Shown here: positions 50,306 through 62,900 of the stretch, in pieces | How the letters are laid out: each line of letters starts with the position of its first letter | Numbering within the stretch: the first letter of the stretch is position 1 | NCBI RefSeq assembly: GCF_052425735.1 | Contig: NC_135759.1 | Location: 31,682,001 to 31,746,000 of the forward strand | Direction of reading: 5' to 3' | From: Oculina patagonica | Taxonomy: Eukaryota | Length of the DNA: 64,000 bases | Translations under genes and position numbers: made by a program | The notes under the pieces: model-generated | Database searches by the model: none | Seen by the model: only the letters and a program-made list of their open reading frames with translations | What the model was told of the DNA's origin: nothing

Positions 50306-51331
50306 TTAACTGCACCACCTGTGACAGATGAACAAACACGATGATATTATGTTTTGAAATCCTTTCCGAATATCCTTGTTGAATACCACATACAGGCAAG
50401 GATTAATTGCGGACGTAGCATGGCTTAGGAACAGGCCAACTGAGCCGATGCTAAATCCTCCTTGTGGAATTCCACACAGGTAGGTTTTTTTCGTTTGGAA
50501 AAAATAAAGAAAAAGTGAAATATGTAAGGGAAGCCAGCATAATGCGAAGACCACCACCACGATTATCAGCATCTTAAGAACTTTTTTCCGCGCGTCTATC
50601 TCTCCAGCCCTGTTTGAACGGCAGGCTACCGGCACTGGTCGAATCCATATCTTGTAAACAACGCAAGAGTATAGCACGCAGATAATAAGCAATGGCAACG
50701 CGTACAGCAGGACAAACATAATTACCGTATAGACCTTTGCAGCTGTTTCCTGGTCAAACAATGGCGACCAGTCTTCATAGCAGTAGATAACTCCGTCTAT
50801 TTCCTTGATGCTCATGGCGTACAGCAGCGGAGAAACAGAGAGAAATGACGTCATCCATATGGCAAGAATCATGAATTTCACAATCCTTATGGTTGTGATT
50901 TTCTTGAGAGGGAATGTGACAAGGCAAAAGCGCTCGAATGCAATTGCTGTCAATGTTAAAATTGAGCACGATACGGTTGAGTCCGAAATAAAACTTGCGG
51001 ACTTGCACACGATAATTCCTGGTATCCCACCAAACCAGTGGTACCTTCCTGTTATCTGCCTGGTTAGTCTTCCAGGCATGTTGCAGACGGTAACCAATAT
51101 ATCCGCGGCGGCCATGTTTATAATCAAGCAATAAGTTATCTTAGTATTGAGTCGACTGTTCCTTTTCACAGAGCATATCAATAGAGGATTACCAACAAGA
51201 GACACCAAAATGATCACGCTGTACCCGACAATGTTAATGACTTTTTCCACGGAGTTCTCCATTTCGGTTTCACAAGAATCATTGGACATGTTTCTTGGGA
51301 CGTTTGCTGTATTGTTTCCAGTGCTGTTCAT
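50306..51331 (-). CDS. Rhodopsin-class GPCR, neuropeptide (RFamide/tachykinin-like) receptor-like, 341 aa, intronless CDS
   Basis: Seven hydrophobic segments; GN (TM1), NMAAAD (TM2), W-x-G...C (ECL1/TM3), AIAFERF, YCYEDW (ECL2), FALCWLP, NPCLY; N-terminal sequons. Confidence 0.92.
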   Translation of the reverse strand: MNSTGNNTANVPRNMSNDSCETEMENSVEKVINIVGYSVIILVSLVGNPLLICSVKRNSRLNTKITYCLIINMAAADILVTVCNMPGRLTRQITGRYHWFGGIPGIIVCKSASFISDSTVSCSILTLTAIAFERFCLVTFPLKKITTIRIVKFMILAIWMTSFLSVSPLLYAMSIKEIDGVIYCYEDWSPLFDQETAAKVYTVIMFVLLYALPLLIICVLYSCVVYKIWIRPVPVACRSNRAGEIDARKKVLKMLIIVVVVFALCWLPLHISLFLYFFQTKKTYLCGIPQGGFSIGSVGLFLSHATSAINPCLYVVFNKDIRKGFQNIISSCLFICHRWCS

Positions 51332-53293
51332 TGTGTAGCTAAGTCTTAACTTAAGCAGTTACAGAAGCGACAATGTTTCTTATGCATTTCCATTTACTTT
51401 GCATCTGACGATAGGCTCTCGTCTGCAAACAAAAAGCAAAAGGAAGGAAAGATCATGAATGAAGCAGTTGATAGGAAGTTACTTATCGATTTTAAAACTG
51501 AAAATGCATTGCATACACTATCCCATTTCTTTCTCTTTTGAGTTTTTTCTTGTTTACTCGGTACACTTCAATGACAAACAAATACACCTACCTCATATCT
51601 TTATATCTCCAATTGACTTCACCTATGAAAGCGCAACTTCTGAGTTCAACGTAAGAGCGCCTTGCATACGAGATACGCTTACAAATGTTATTAAAAGAAC
51701 AGGAAACCAGTAAACACGTCCAAATATTGTAAATTTTTAATAACTTTCAGTGCATTGTTTGAAAAACCTATATTGGTCTAGAATTAATTTCTGGTTCCTT
51801 AAGCGTACGCCAATTAGCGCCTGGAGAGTGAAAAAAGTGGCTATGGTAATAGACCAGAAAAAGTTGTCTAGTCTGTGGTTTCCCTTATTTACTTTTTCAG
51901 TTCAACAAAAAAAAAAAAATATAAAAATATTTATTTTAACATTATACATACATGTTTATTTAAAATTTCATATATAATAAAATAAATATAAATTTGAAAA
52001 GGGGTGTTCCGAATTTGTTATATCGTTTCCATGTTAAATCGAGGCTAATCTAGAAAACTTATCTCGCTCTTAGAGTTTTTATTTTTAATTTTAACCATCA
52101 GGTGATCAGTTCCAGATATTTTCTTTAATTATCAATGTACTGTTCAAGAGCCGCTCTGCCGTGAATCTGGTTTTTAATTTCAATTAGGCCAAAAAAATAA
52201 CTTCGCTAATTTATTCACTAACAAACAAAGCACAAAACACCTCCCCTCAATGGTGAGAACACCGCCTGGCAGTCTTTTGTCTTCACTTTTTTCACAGCAA
52301 TATATTTCACGGAAGTTTCGTAAAGGTCCCACGCGGATGTGTAATAATTTTGATAACACAGTGACTTAAAATGAAACTTGTAATAAAGTTGCATGGAAAA
52401 GAAAATGACTTACTATGGTAAATATTTTAGGTTAAATTACTCGCCTTACTTTACCTCCGTGTAACAAGCTGTTGCGAGGAGATCCTTATTCTCAACGTTT
52501 TCGTAGAGAAGCAAATTAGGTTACATTAAAAGAAACCAACGCCTGCGTTAATTGAAGCTTATCAGAATATATAAATTTCTATATTTTTTGAATAAATTTA
52601 TAAATGCTGCTTTCTACTTCTAATCCACCGCTATGAACTTGTGTTCCAGTGAGAAGTGAAGCTAATGCCAACAGAATCTTATTGATTTTAGAGTTATCTT
52701 ATTAAGTTTGTTTTCGATCTAATTTATGTTAATTCCCATTTCTTTATATATTCATTTTTATTCGGGATGCGGACATTACTGTTCGTTCATTTCATTTCAT
52801 CTACCCCATTTACACATTATTAAATTTATATTTCAATTCTAAATAGCTCTACCAGCTTCGGTGCGCAATCGTTCATTAAGATCGAAGTTTCAAATATATA
52901 TATAAAGAAGTTTCATTAGGAGTCCTCTCGAATTTGTTAGCCCCAAGTTGTCATCATTTTCAAAACGTCCTATAGTAAACTCCACGGTTACTACATTTAG
53001 TCTTCATCTGATGTTTAAGTGATAAATTTTCTTTTCATTTGCCAGACATTGGCTGTCTGTATATTTACTTATTTGCTGACCACAAAAATAACTGCTAATC
53101 TACCAACTAATTCCAGCTTTATTATAAGTACTTTATACCGGCGACGATTAAATTTATTTTCAACTGTTCCGAATCTAGATATAATGTCAGGCTCGATTTA
53201 TTTCACAGAACTTGTATTAAATTTGAATAGAAAAAGCAGCGAGTTAAAGATATCCATTACGCAGTCTCGAAATCCGAGATATTTTTTTTTCAA

Positions 53294-53439
53294 TACACTC
53301 AACTCTCTCTAAGATCAGACGGACACCGTCGGCCGTCGGGACCGGTTAAATACAGTGAAATGACTGAAAAACGGCAGGGACGGGAACAACAGCAGGTGTC
53401 CGTCTTACAGAGGTGTTTGTTAAGAGAGAGTTGACTGTA
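53294..53439. mobile_element. Tc1/mariner-type MITE
   Basis: TACACTCAACTCTCTCTAAG ... TAAGAGAGAGTTGACTGTA; same family as 25076-25591. Confidence 0.65.
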
Positions 53440-55460
53440 GTCTTGTAGAATTGTAAGCTTTTGTTGGCGGTATTCAGTAATAGATTACATTTTTTGTAAA
53501 CTGGTATTGTAAGATTTTTAACTTTCAACCTGTAGATAAATTTTAGAATGGTAATTAAATTTACCCCTTATCATTTTCTTTGTCATGTACTTTTGTTTTC
53601 CTTTCCTAATATTTAGTTTCTGTTTCGCTATGTAAGAGATTTGCTGAACATGCATGACAACCGGTATCATAAAACTTAATCTTGAGTGGTTTTGACGACC
53701 TGTAACTAGTAGTTCCATGAGTCCTTTAGACATCTATGACGTCAAATTAATATACGCCTTCATTTAAATGAATTGGCTCTTCTAAGACTTTGGGTATGTC
53801 TACCTTATCATTTTACAAAATATAGTCTGGGCATTTGTCTTTTTGTTTGTAAAGGCTCCTGGCAAGAGCTATTGTAGAAAGCTGGAACTAGTTATACAAT
53901 CAAGAGGAAAGGGACTGGCACTTGTCTGAGGATGATGTAATTAACCCTACAAGTCAGACGTGGGGGGGGGGGGGGGGGGGGTGAAGAAAAGGCTTTTTGA
54001 GGCCGGCTCCAAACGATGATTTAAGTTATAACTAAAACTAAAACTGGCAACATTTTCACGCTAGTTCCATGTGACCACCAACTTTGACATTTCCCTGGAA
54101 ACCAGTTTTTAACAGTTTTTTTTTTACGAAATCAGCCCTTTTTAGTTTTAAGGAATGTTATTTCTATGTGTTATGGTGGCATTTGTGTTTTTACACTTAT
54201 TTAAGCAACAATCAGATATTATTAAAACATTTAAAACTAATTAACATATTAATTCTAAAATGCTAAATATCCAAGATGGCGGAGTATTGCCTTATATTTT
54301 TCTATCTTGAAACATAATTTTAAAAGAGAATTAAGTTTTACAGTCCACTTACTTTGAACTAAGGGATATTTAACGAAAAAAACTATTTTAAAGAAATTCA
54401 AAATGGCGGATCCAAGATGGCGGCTATTTCAGTTTTAAAGACGTTATAATGACTTTATTGTTGTTACAATGAGAACCAAAGTTTTATCAGATAGAAGAAT
54501 CTCATGAGGCACGTTGCTGTTGAGAGTTTGTGGTTATAAATACAGTATGGAAATATTGATTGAATACTATATCATTCAACAAAATCAAACAAATGATGCC
54601 ATATTTTTTCACAATAACACCAAAGCATCTATAGTCATTAGAATTACTGTCTACATCATACTGTGAGAAACAGGTGGCCATAGTATTAACGTATTTAAAG
54701 TTACAGAGGGTGAGATGATGCGTATTAAAACAGTTAGATATTTGTTGTAACTTTGTCGTTTGTTGGGCGTCCAAGCTTACACTATCGTTAATGAAAAACT
54801 GTGCCATGTTTTGGTGATTACATACAAGTAAATAAAAACTTTAATAAAAATTGGCTCCAAGAATTACTCTTATTTTGAGAAAATTGTCGATGAGCCAAAA
54901 TTATCTGTTAGAAATTGCATCACAGGATAAATTGAGCATCGTGATTAACGAGTTTCCATGGAGATGTATAAATTGTCATTACAGCTGTCATCAAGCTGGG
55001 CTGTACTCAAACAAAAAAATTTACCGAGGCAATATCAGAAAAAGAAACACTTCTTTCGCATTTACTTACTTACTAGTAACGCACATAGCCCCTTACAGGA
55101 GCATGAAAGAATTGAATAAATTTGAAATTTTCACTGAGGCAAGTGCTTCGGTTGGTCTGTTACTGGCTAAGACCCTTCAAGTCAATAATAACGTGCCTTC
55201 ATTTATGTAAAATGAAGCAGTGTTATTTTATTCGTCCCTATACGTATTGTTATACAGGTTACGTAAAGAATATCTTGATGACGATAATTTTAAACTATTT
55301 TCTACAGTTTACTGGGAATTGATTTTTTATAAATATATTTAAAAACAAACTCTTTAAAGTTCAAGCTTTTAGACGATATCAATGAAAAGTGGTTCAGTTT
55401 AATTTGCATATTAATTTGGCCAGCTGCTGACATGATTTGTATTTTTAGGAAACGTCTTAG

Positions 55461-56161
55461 GAGGCCGTCTTTCTGAAAAACACCCACTCAATTTCACGTC
55501 GAAAAGTGTCGTCCTTTATCGGCTAAAATATGCAAAATCACATGTACGTTTTCAGTATTTTAAAAGCTATGACCGTTTCTATCAGCACATGTGCGAGTAA
55601 TAACGACTATATAAGCGGAAATGCTGTTATTACTCGGACATGTGCTGATACCAAGCTGATACAAATGGTCATAACTTTTAAAATACTGAAAACGTACATG
55701 TGATTTTGCATATTTTTTGCCGATAAAGGACTACACTTTTCGGCTGTGTAGAGTAGAGTTATCAGCTTGGTCCCGAAATTTAAATATTCGCTTCTAAATC
55801 AAGGTCATTTTTCAACCTTCGTTCGATGCCAATCAGTAGTGGTCATCATATCCTTGTTTTTGCATTTCCAGGTAAATCGAGGGAAAAGTTGCTACTTTCT
55901 TAGAATAACAGAAGGGAGGGATGCGAATAAAATATTTGACAGCGGCTCGAAAAATGCCTATTTTTATAATTTTCCAGACGTTGCAGTGGGCCCGAAGGGG
56001 CAAAATATTTAATGGCTCCTAACGCAGCCAAAAAAATCATTTTAAATCATACCAAATCTGTTTTAGTTTTGGCCTCGGTAAAGTCTTTCAGTTGCTAGAG
56101 TTTCAAGCAAAATTATTTTTAAACGCGAATTTGAGTGGGTGTTTTTCAGAAAGACAGCCTC
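55461..56161. mobile_element. TTAA-type (Kolobok-like) MITE with an internal approximately 240-bp palindrome
   Basis: TIR GAGGCCGTCTTTCTGAAAAACACCCACTCAA / TTGAGTGGGTGTTTTTCAGAAAGACAGCCTC with TTAG/TTAA flanks; internal inverted repeat at about 55502-55740. Confidence 0.8.
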
Positions 56162-56834
56162 TTAAACTAAATATCAATGAAATCATGTCCTTGCAATTTG
56201 AGTTGAATATCTTATCTTCATCTAATCCACCTTTGTTAGTAAATTAACTTCAGCCTTACAAGGGAAACAATATGCCGTACAACATATTTTGCAAGTGCTA
56301 GGTGTTTTATTTGAGTAAGGCAGCAAAACTATTTCTTCTTTCTTAGTATTATTAATTATTTAAAATGAGTCATTAGTTAAAATGTTTCGGGTACGAAAGA
56401 CAAACAAACACTGTACTGTATATAGCCAGAATCATATACCACTGATATAGCCAATACGTATGAAGAATATAAGTTTTTAAATTACCAAATTGGAAACAAC
56501 CGTTTTTAAAAAGTTGTTTCGCAAATTTTATATTCGGCAAGTTGGTGTGTTTCGGCAATTGTCTGCATTTAGCTCCCACATTCAGTGAAGTATACATCCG
56601 GTTGCCTAGACTTGTAGGTTTCTTTGCAAAGTGAGCTAAATTGTCATGGTGTTTGTTTTATGAACATTAATATAGTCTAAAGCAATATTTTCATAATTAT
56701 AAAATTAAAGACTGAACCTTCGGCAATTTAAATCCTCTTGCACTGAATTATATTTACCTTCTCTGGCACTTTCCTGCAGAAATTGCAGTTTAATTTACCA
56801 GTCTTGCATTTAATCAATTTCCAGTAAATACTAA

Positions 56835-57743
56835 TTATAATTGATGACAAGAAATGGCTTTCTTTACAGCCTTTCTAAATTCCCTACTTCGTATACAATA
56901 AATGAATGGGTTAAAGGCCGAGTTGCTGAATTCTGCCAACGCTCCCCAAAACCAATATCCGTTTATTCTCGTTTTCTTACAAAGATCAGAAGTGAAAAAC
57001 TGAACAAGTGATATCACTAAACTTGGGGTCCAACAAATTGTAAAAACACCAACGATTATTCCTATCGTAAATGCGGCTTTGCGGTTCTTTAGTTGCACGA
57101 TAGCTTCATCTGGGTTAAAAGTCTCCTCCGCGGAAATTCGTCTGATTTGGAGTCGAGCTGCCTTAAAAATGAAATAATAACAGACTGAGATGAGTGTTAG
57201 AGGTGTAATTACAGTGATCGCTGTAGCGGCTAGCCAAAGTTTCGGCAACTGAAATGGATCTGTGATAATAAGGCGCAAACAAGCGAACAATATGGAAAAG
57301 ATCCAGATGGAAACGATGATGATTCGAACGCGTTTCCAGGTCATGATTTCATTGTAACGCATTTTTGTGACTGCTATGTAACGATCCGTGCTAACTGCAC
57401 ATAAGCTCAAAGTAGTTGCAACGATAGTTTGCATCGTCAAGACTTCTATGACAGTCGAAAGCTGGTTATCACTTTCCCAGATATTCAAAACGCTCTTTGC
57501 AACCCACAGAGGATTCATGAACAACCCCACTGTGAAATCAGCGACGCTCATAGATCCAATAAACGCGTTTGAGACGCTCCTCTGGTTTTGAACTCTATAA
57601 ATAGCTGCCAAAATGAGTCCGTTTCCAAATAAAGAGGCCAATCCCAGTATTGCGTTCATCGTAGATAGGACAACAATTTCTGTGTTTGTGAGTGCCCCTG
57701 AACAATCGTTCAATATCGCCATCGGTGAACCTGTAGTATTCAT
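56835..57743 (-). CDS. Rhodopsin-class GPCR, amine/adenosine/melanocortin-like cnidarian receptor, 302 aa, intronless
   Basis: First ATG at 57743 (MNTTGSP); GNGLI, SMSVAD, AVSTDRY, FTICWTP and NSAFNPFIY..RSREFR motifs. Confidence 0.92.
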   Translation of the reverse strand: MNTTGSPMAILNDCSGALTNTEIVVLSTMNAILGLASLFGNGLILAAIYRVQNQRSVSNAFIGSMSVADFTVGLFMNPLWVAKSVLNIWESDNQLSTVIEVLTMQTIVATTLSLCAVSTDRYIAVTKMRYNEIMTWKRVRIIIVSIWIFSILFACLRLIITDPFQLPKLWLAATAITVITPLTLISVCYYFIFKAARLQIRRISAEETFNPDEAIVQLKNRKAAFTIGIIVGVFTICWTPSLVISLVQFFTSDLCKKTRINGYWFWGALAEFSNSAFNPFIYCIRSREFRKAVKKAISCHQL

Positions 57744-59404
57744 GTCTTGGGCAAAATAGAACAAGATTTCAAGGGTTCAATTGCAGCCGTGTCGCCCGCC
57801 TTTCTTTGTGAACGTTTTCTTTCTTCAAGAACGTTTTCGTAAGAGAAGTCTAAGAGAGAAAAACGATGCCAACACGACCCAAGTCAACTCGGCACTAAAT
57901 AAGAGTGCTAATTAGTCGAAGTACAACAGATGCTGTTTTCTCATAAATGGTCATTATCATTTTGTATCTTGGTGAGCGACATTTAAAAGTTTGGATTGTC
58001 TTGCATTTAAACTACAAGATTACTGAATAAATATGACACAAATTGGTTAATGCTGGCAAAAAAGAACGATAAATTTTGCAAACGTATCCCGTAAAATGTA
58101 AAGATATTTCCATGCGAAACGATATTAGAAATAAAAACACATATAGGCATAATTAAAATTTGAATTTATTTCGCAGTCAGAGTTCTCGGCAGAACGAGAA
58201 AGAGAGCTATACAAGAAATTACCAAGCCTAATTTTTGGCGGCGCTCGAGGGCAGCGGTCTCTTATTTGCATTCCCGTAATGATTTTAAGCCAGAATTAAA
58301 CGTCTAGGATAAATTCTTCCAGGATATACTTCCAAAAATTAGACAGGTAAGAGTACACAGCATTTATCAGGGGTTTTTGTGCTTTTAGCTAGGGAAGTGT
58401 CAATTGAGGATGTGTTTGAGTGACCGCTATCATGTTGCACTGGCAGCTGTTCCCAGACAAACTCTTTGAGTTTATTGTCGCCCTTTCAAAACCTAGAAGT
58501 ATCACTGTAAAGTAAAACCTTTTGGATATTTTTTTTGTATTTGTTTTCGACAAAATTACTAGGATTTCCTCTTCAGCGTACTCAGTAAACACCTGGAAGT
58601 TGGGCTACGATAATATCAGCCAAGAAACTTCTCCAAGACTTAATTAAGGCCCTCATCCAAATTTTTAATCTAAATTGTCAAACCTAAAAACCTTTTTTCA
58701 CACACCGGTATTAATTACAAAACCTTAAATAACAATGCAAATTTTGGGGTCAATCCAGGGAGATGTTTTGAAATGAAGTCATCTTTTTAACGTGCGATGT
58801 CTCGAATAAAAGAATTTACCGTGTTAAAAAAAACAACTTTATAGGTCCATACCTTTTCTTTCAGACGCGGTAATAATGACCCCTGGACCGTGCGCGGAGC
58901 AGAACCGTATAATAAGTGATGAATAGGACTGAGTGGAGTCCAATTGTGAACGAGTGATCAATAAAAACGGACGACCAAGAAGCGGTAGTCCGACTTGCAC
59001 AACAAAAGTCCTATTACCAATTAATAATAACCATTACAAAATTCGAGGAAAATTTTTGAGAAAGGGAAACCTTGTAACGATTTGACCTCTAGTAATTTGC
59101 AAGGAAAAAGCCGTTTCTGACATGATTTATTAAGGAATATCAGAAAGAAGTATTTAGCATGTTTAGTATTTTTGGACATTTTAGCTGCTTGCGCTCCGCA
59201 TTAAACCTTTTTCAGTCTATTTTTTTTTTTTTTGTATTTATGCAAATGTAACTCCTAGCCTCGTTCCAGGTTCTCATTCGTTTTGTTCTTTACACATGCT
59301 AACGAGGCTTGGAGGTCACTTTGCATGAACACGAAAGAATAACAAATAGGCTATAGAAGGTTTATTTGGCAAAGAATTAAAGGGCATGCTAAGAATCAGT
59401 AATA

Positions 59405-59604
59405 AGGGACGGACCATTTTTTTTTGGAGGGGGGATGAAAAATATTGAAAAAAATTGTTTGCAGGGCCTGGAAAGAAAAATAAATTGTTTGCAAAAACGA
59501 TATGTATAACAAAAAATAGTAAGAATTTTGAAAAAAAAAATGTTTGAGAGGTGTATAAACTAAAATTTTTCATCCCCCCTCCAAGAAAATAATGGTCCGT
59601 CCCT
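59405..59604. mobile_element. PIF/Harbinger-like MITE
   Basis: TAA-flanked inverted termini GGGACGGACCATT...GGAGGGGGGATGAAAAAT / ATTTTTCATCCCCCCTCC...AATGGTCCGTCCC. Confidence 0.8.
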
Positions 59605-59657
59605 AATCGAGATATAATTCAGTTAAATCTTTGGTTATTATTTTGCTAAGAGTAGTT

Positions 59658-59729
59658 GGTCCCATGGTGTAATGGTTAGCACTCTGGACTTTGAATCCAG
59701 TGATCCGAGTTCAAATCTCGGTAGGACCT
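59658..59729 (+). tRNA. tRNA-Gln (anticodon TTG)
   Basis: 72-nt GGTCCCATGGTGTAATGGTTAGCACTCTGGACTTTGAATCCAGTGATCCGAGTTCAAATCTCGGTAGGACCT, with A and B boxes, anticodon stem CTGGA/TCCAG and loop CTTTGAA; TTTT follows downstream. Confidence 0.93.
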
Positions 59730-59912
59730 GTTTACATTTTGCGAAATATTTTTTTTTTTATAATCATTTCTTCATAAATCGACTCAAATGCTCCCAATGA
59801 TAGATGTTTGAAAATCAAATGAAGTTTTAACTTCCCATTAAGTTTTTAGAATTTGGCAAACAACGCATGCTTATGGATAATATCACATTAAGGATGATTC
59901 AGGATGTCTTCT

Positions 59913-62900
59913 TCATACACACGTATAAGAACCATTTGTATTCACGCAGTTGGTATGTTGATCACATATGTGAGAGCCGGCCTTGCATTCGTTTATGTCC
60001 TTGCACGAAAATCCGTCGTCATAGAAACCATCATGACACGTGCATTTATATGAGCCCACGGTATTTGTGCAGTTAGCGTGTTTATCACATGTGTGTATCC
60101 CAAGCTTACATTCGTCGACATCGGAACATTGGTTACCATAGTAACCGTAGAAGCATTCGCACGCGTAGGATCCGATGCTGTTTATGCAGTGGGCGTTTGT
60201 TGGGCAGGAACTATTTACAGATGCACATTCGTCAATATCTAGACAGAAAGCAAGGAATGGTTAAAATCATAATACTTTAATGATGTTTTAGAACCCAGAG
60301 CATTTTCAGTGGTGTTTCAAATTTCGAAAGCTCGACAAAGTAGCACAAATCGTTTAACCGTTATAAACCCTACTGACAAACGGACTTTCACTGATAAATG
60401 CTTTTATGCCGTTACAAATCAAGGATCTTGTAACGCAGGTTCCTCTGTGCCTGGACCATTTTAAAGGTTGTAGAACAACTCTCCTTTCTCGCGAATTGAG
60501 GAGGCAAAGTGCCAAGTTTAATAAAACAAAGTTTAGAGGTAAATGTGGAAGTTGATGAAGTTGCTTCTAAGGTCTGGTTGACATTCGATAACTGATTGGT
60601 GACTGTGGTTAAATGAAACAACGCAGAGCCGACACAACAACGCACGCGAAGGACAGAACGAAGCGAACCGACAGACGGCCGCCCGAACGAAGAACACACG
60701 CCAGCGGGAGAGGGCAGAGCGACAGCGCACAGGCCAGCGAGCACAACAGAGAAAACAAAAAAAAAAAAGACGCAAAGCAGCAAAAAAAGGACGAGCAAGG
60801 GAGGCAAACCAGAGGACAGAGCCACAGCCCGCCACCAACACGACAGCCGGCCCACAGCCGCACGGCACCCAGCGACCCGAGGGAGCCAGAAGACGAGAGT
60901 CAGAGGCACGACGAGCAGGAGAGACGCACACCCCGCACTGGCGACCGGTCGAGAACCTCCCGTGACAGAAAGGACAAGAAGAAACCCAGAACCGGCCGCA
61001 CAGGACAAAACGAACACGGAGCGGCAGGGATCGATGGCGGAACGGCGAAAAGCCGCGCCGAAACGGAAAACGCAAAAAGAAAAAAGCCGCACCGAAGGAA
61101 AGAAAAGCAAAAAAGACACGCGGGCGGAGCCGCAGACAGACCAAAGAGCAAACCAGCGGACAAAACAGGAAAATGCACCACAGCAAAGAAACCCACAAGA
61201 AAAAAAGGTCCGGACCACGACGCGAACAAACGAAGAGCATGAAAAAGGAGGCCCAGGAGAAAAAATCCAGCAGCAGAGCGCGACACCCAAAACGAGAGAT
61301 GGCAAAAAAAACGGCAAATGCAAAAAGGAACGCGCCCCGCACAAGCATGCCACCACAGGGCACAGCAAAGCAAACCAAGACCAAACGTCCGAGAGACACT
61401 CGCAACTGGAGGCACCACGACAAACAACTCAAAGGTGAAGGAAGCGACGCGAACAAGTGGAGAGCCGAAAACACAGAAAACCCCGACGACCGAAGCCACG
61501 AACGGACAAAAACAACACAGACAATGCCCCAGAAACAAGCAGCAAGCCGGACAAAAGAAGAAAATGCAAAACAGACAAAACAGCGGGCCGATCAGCGGAC
61601 CGAAAAAGAAAGCCCGGAGGAGGGAAACGAAAAAAACAGAGGGAGGAAAAAACGAGCAAAAAGCCCGGAGGGCGGAAAAACCCCACGGCGGAAAAAAAAA
61701 AAAGAAAAAAAACAACATGCAACCCCCCCAACAGAAACCACCAGAAACACCACACCGACACCCACAACGAACGCCACAAAATAATTCCACCTTGCTCCTG
61801 ATGCATGTAATTCTCTACGTAAAACACAAATAAAAACTTAACAACGACTCAAAGAGAAATGACGCGTGCACAATCCCTGTAAAATACGGAAAAAAGCTAC
61901 AGGGCACACACTTAAGTTGAAGAAGCAAGAATGCCAGTCCAAGAAGGGAAAAGAGAAGGAGAGGAGAAGATGGAAGAAGCAGGGAAAGAGAGCTAAGAAA
62001 AAAGAGAGGATGGGGGGTAAGGGGAGCAGGGGACGGAGGGGGGACAAGAGAAGAGAGGAGACTCGAGGGGAGAGAAAGGGAAGGAGAAAACCGAAGTAGA
62101 TTACACACAGCACGTGTGGGAAGGGGGAGAGGAAGGTGGGAGGAAAGTGGAAGCGAGAGCGCTGAATGCGATGACACCTAGGAGAGCGACAAAGAGGCAC
62201 GCCCATCCAATCAATTACGCGAAAAAGAGAGACTGGGAGGGAAAAAAAAGAATGAAAAGGGAGAAAAGAAGAGAGCAGGCGAAAAGAAGACAGAGAGGGA
62301 AAGAAGAAGAGGAGGGAGAACGAAGAGAAAAGGAAAAAAGAGGAGGAGAAAAGACGAGAGCGAAAAAAAAGGGAAGAAAGAAAGAAAGAAGAGCCAAAGG
62401 AGAGAGAACGGACAAGAAAGGAGAGGGAGTGACGGAAGGAGAGAGAGGAAGAGGAGAAAAGAAGGGAAAGAAAAAAAAAAATGAAAGAAAGAAGGAGAAA
62501 AAAAAAAGAAGAAAGGAAAAGGAGAAAAACAAGAGAAGAAAAGGGAAGAAGAAAAGAAAAAAGACGATAAAAAAAAAGGGAAAAGGAGAGCGAGTGGAAG
62601 CACAGAAGGGGAGAGAAAGGAAGAAAGAAAAAGAAAAAGAAAAAGAAAAGCAGAGAAGAAAAAAAGAGAACAAAAAAGGAAAAAAAAGAGAGAAGAGAAA
62701 GAGGGAGAAGAGAGAGAGAAAAAAGAGGGAGAAAGAAGGGAGAAGAAAAAGAAAAAAAAAAAAAAAAAAGTGTATATGACACAGGTTTTTTTTATTTGCC
62801 TGGTCGAATGTACGTGGAATGCTGATGGGAACATCGAAAAAAGAAATTCGAAATCTCTTTTTTTTTCACCGCGTTTTCGCGCTCTAAAATCGTAAAATTA

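Noticed and set aside
60412-62834. Many long overlapping ORFs (K/R/E-rich on +, F/L/S-rich on -)
   Set aside because: Lack of T on the + strand (A on the - strand) removes stop codons; the region appears to be a base-dropout artefact.
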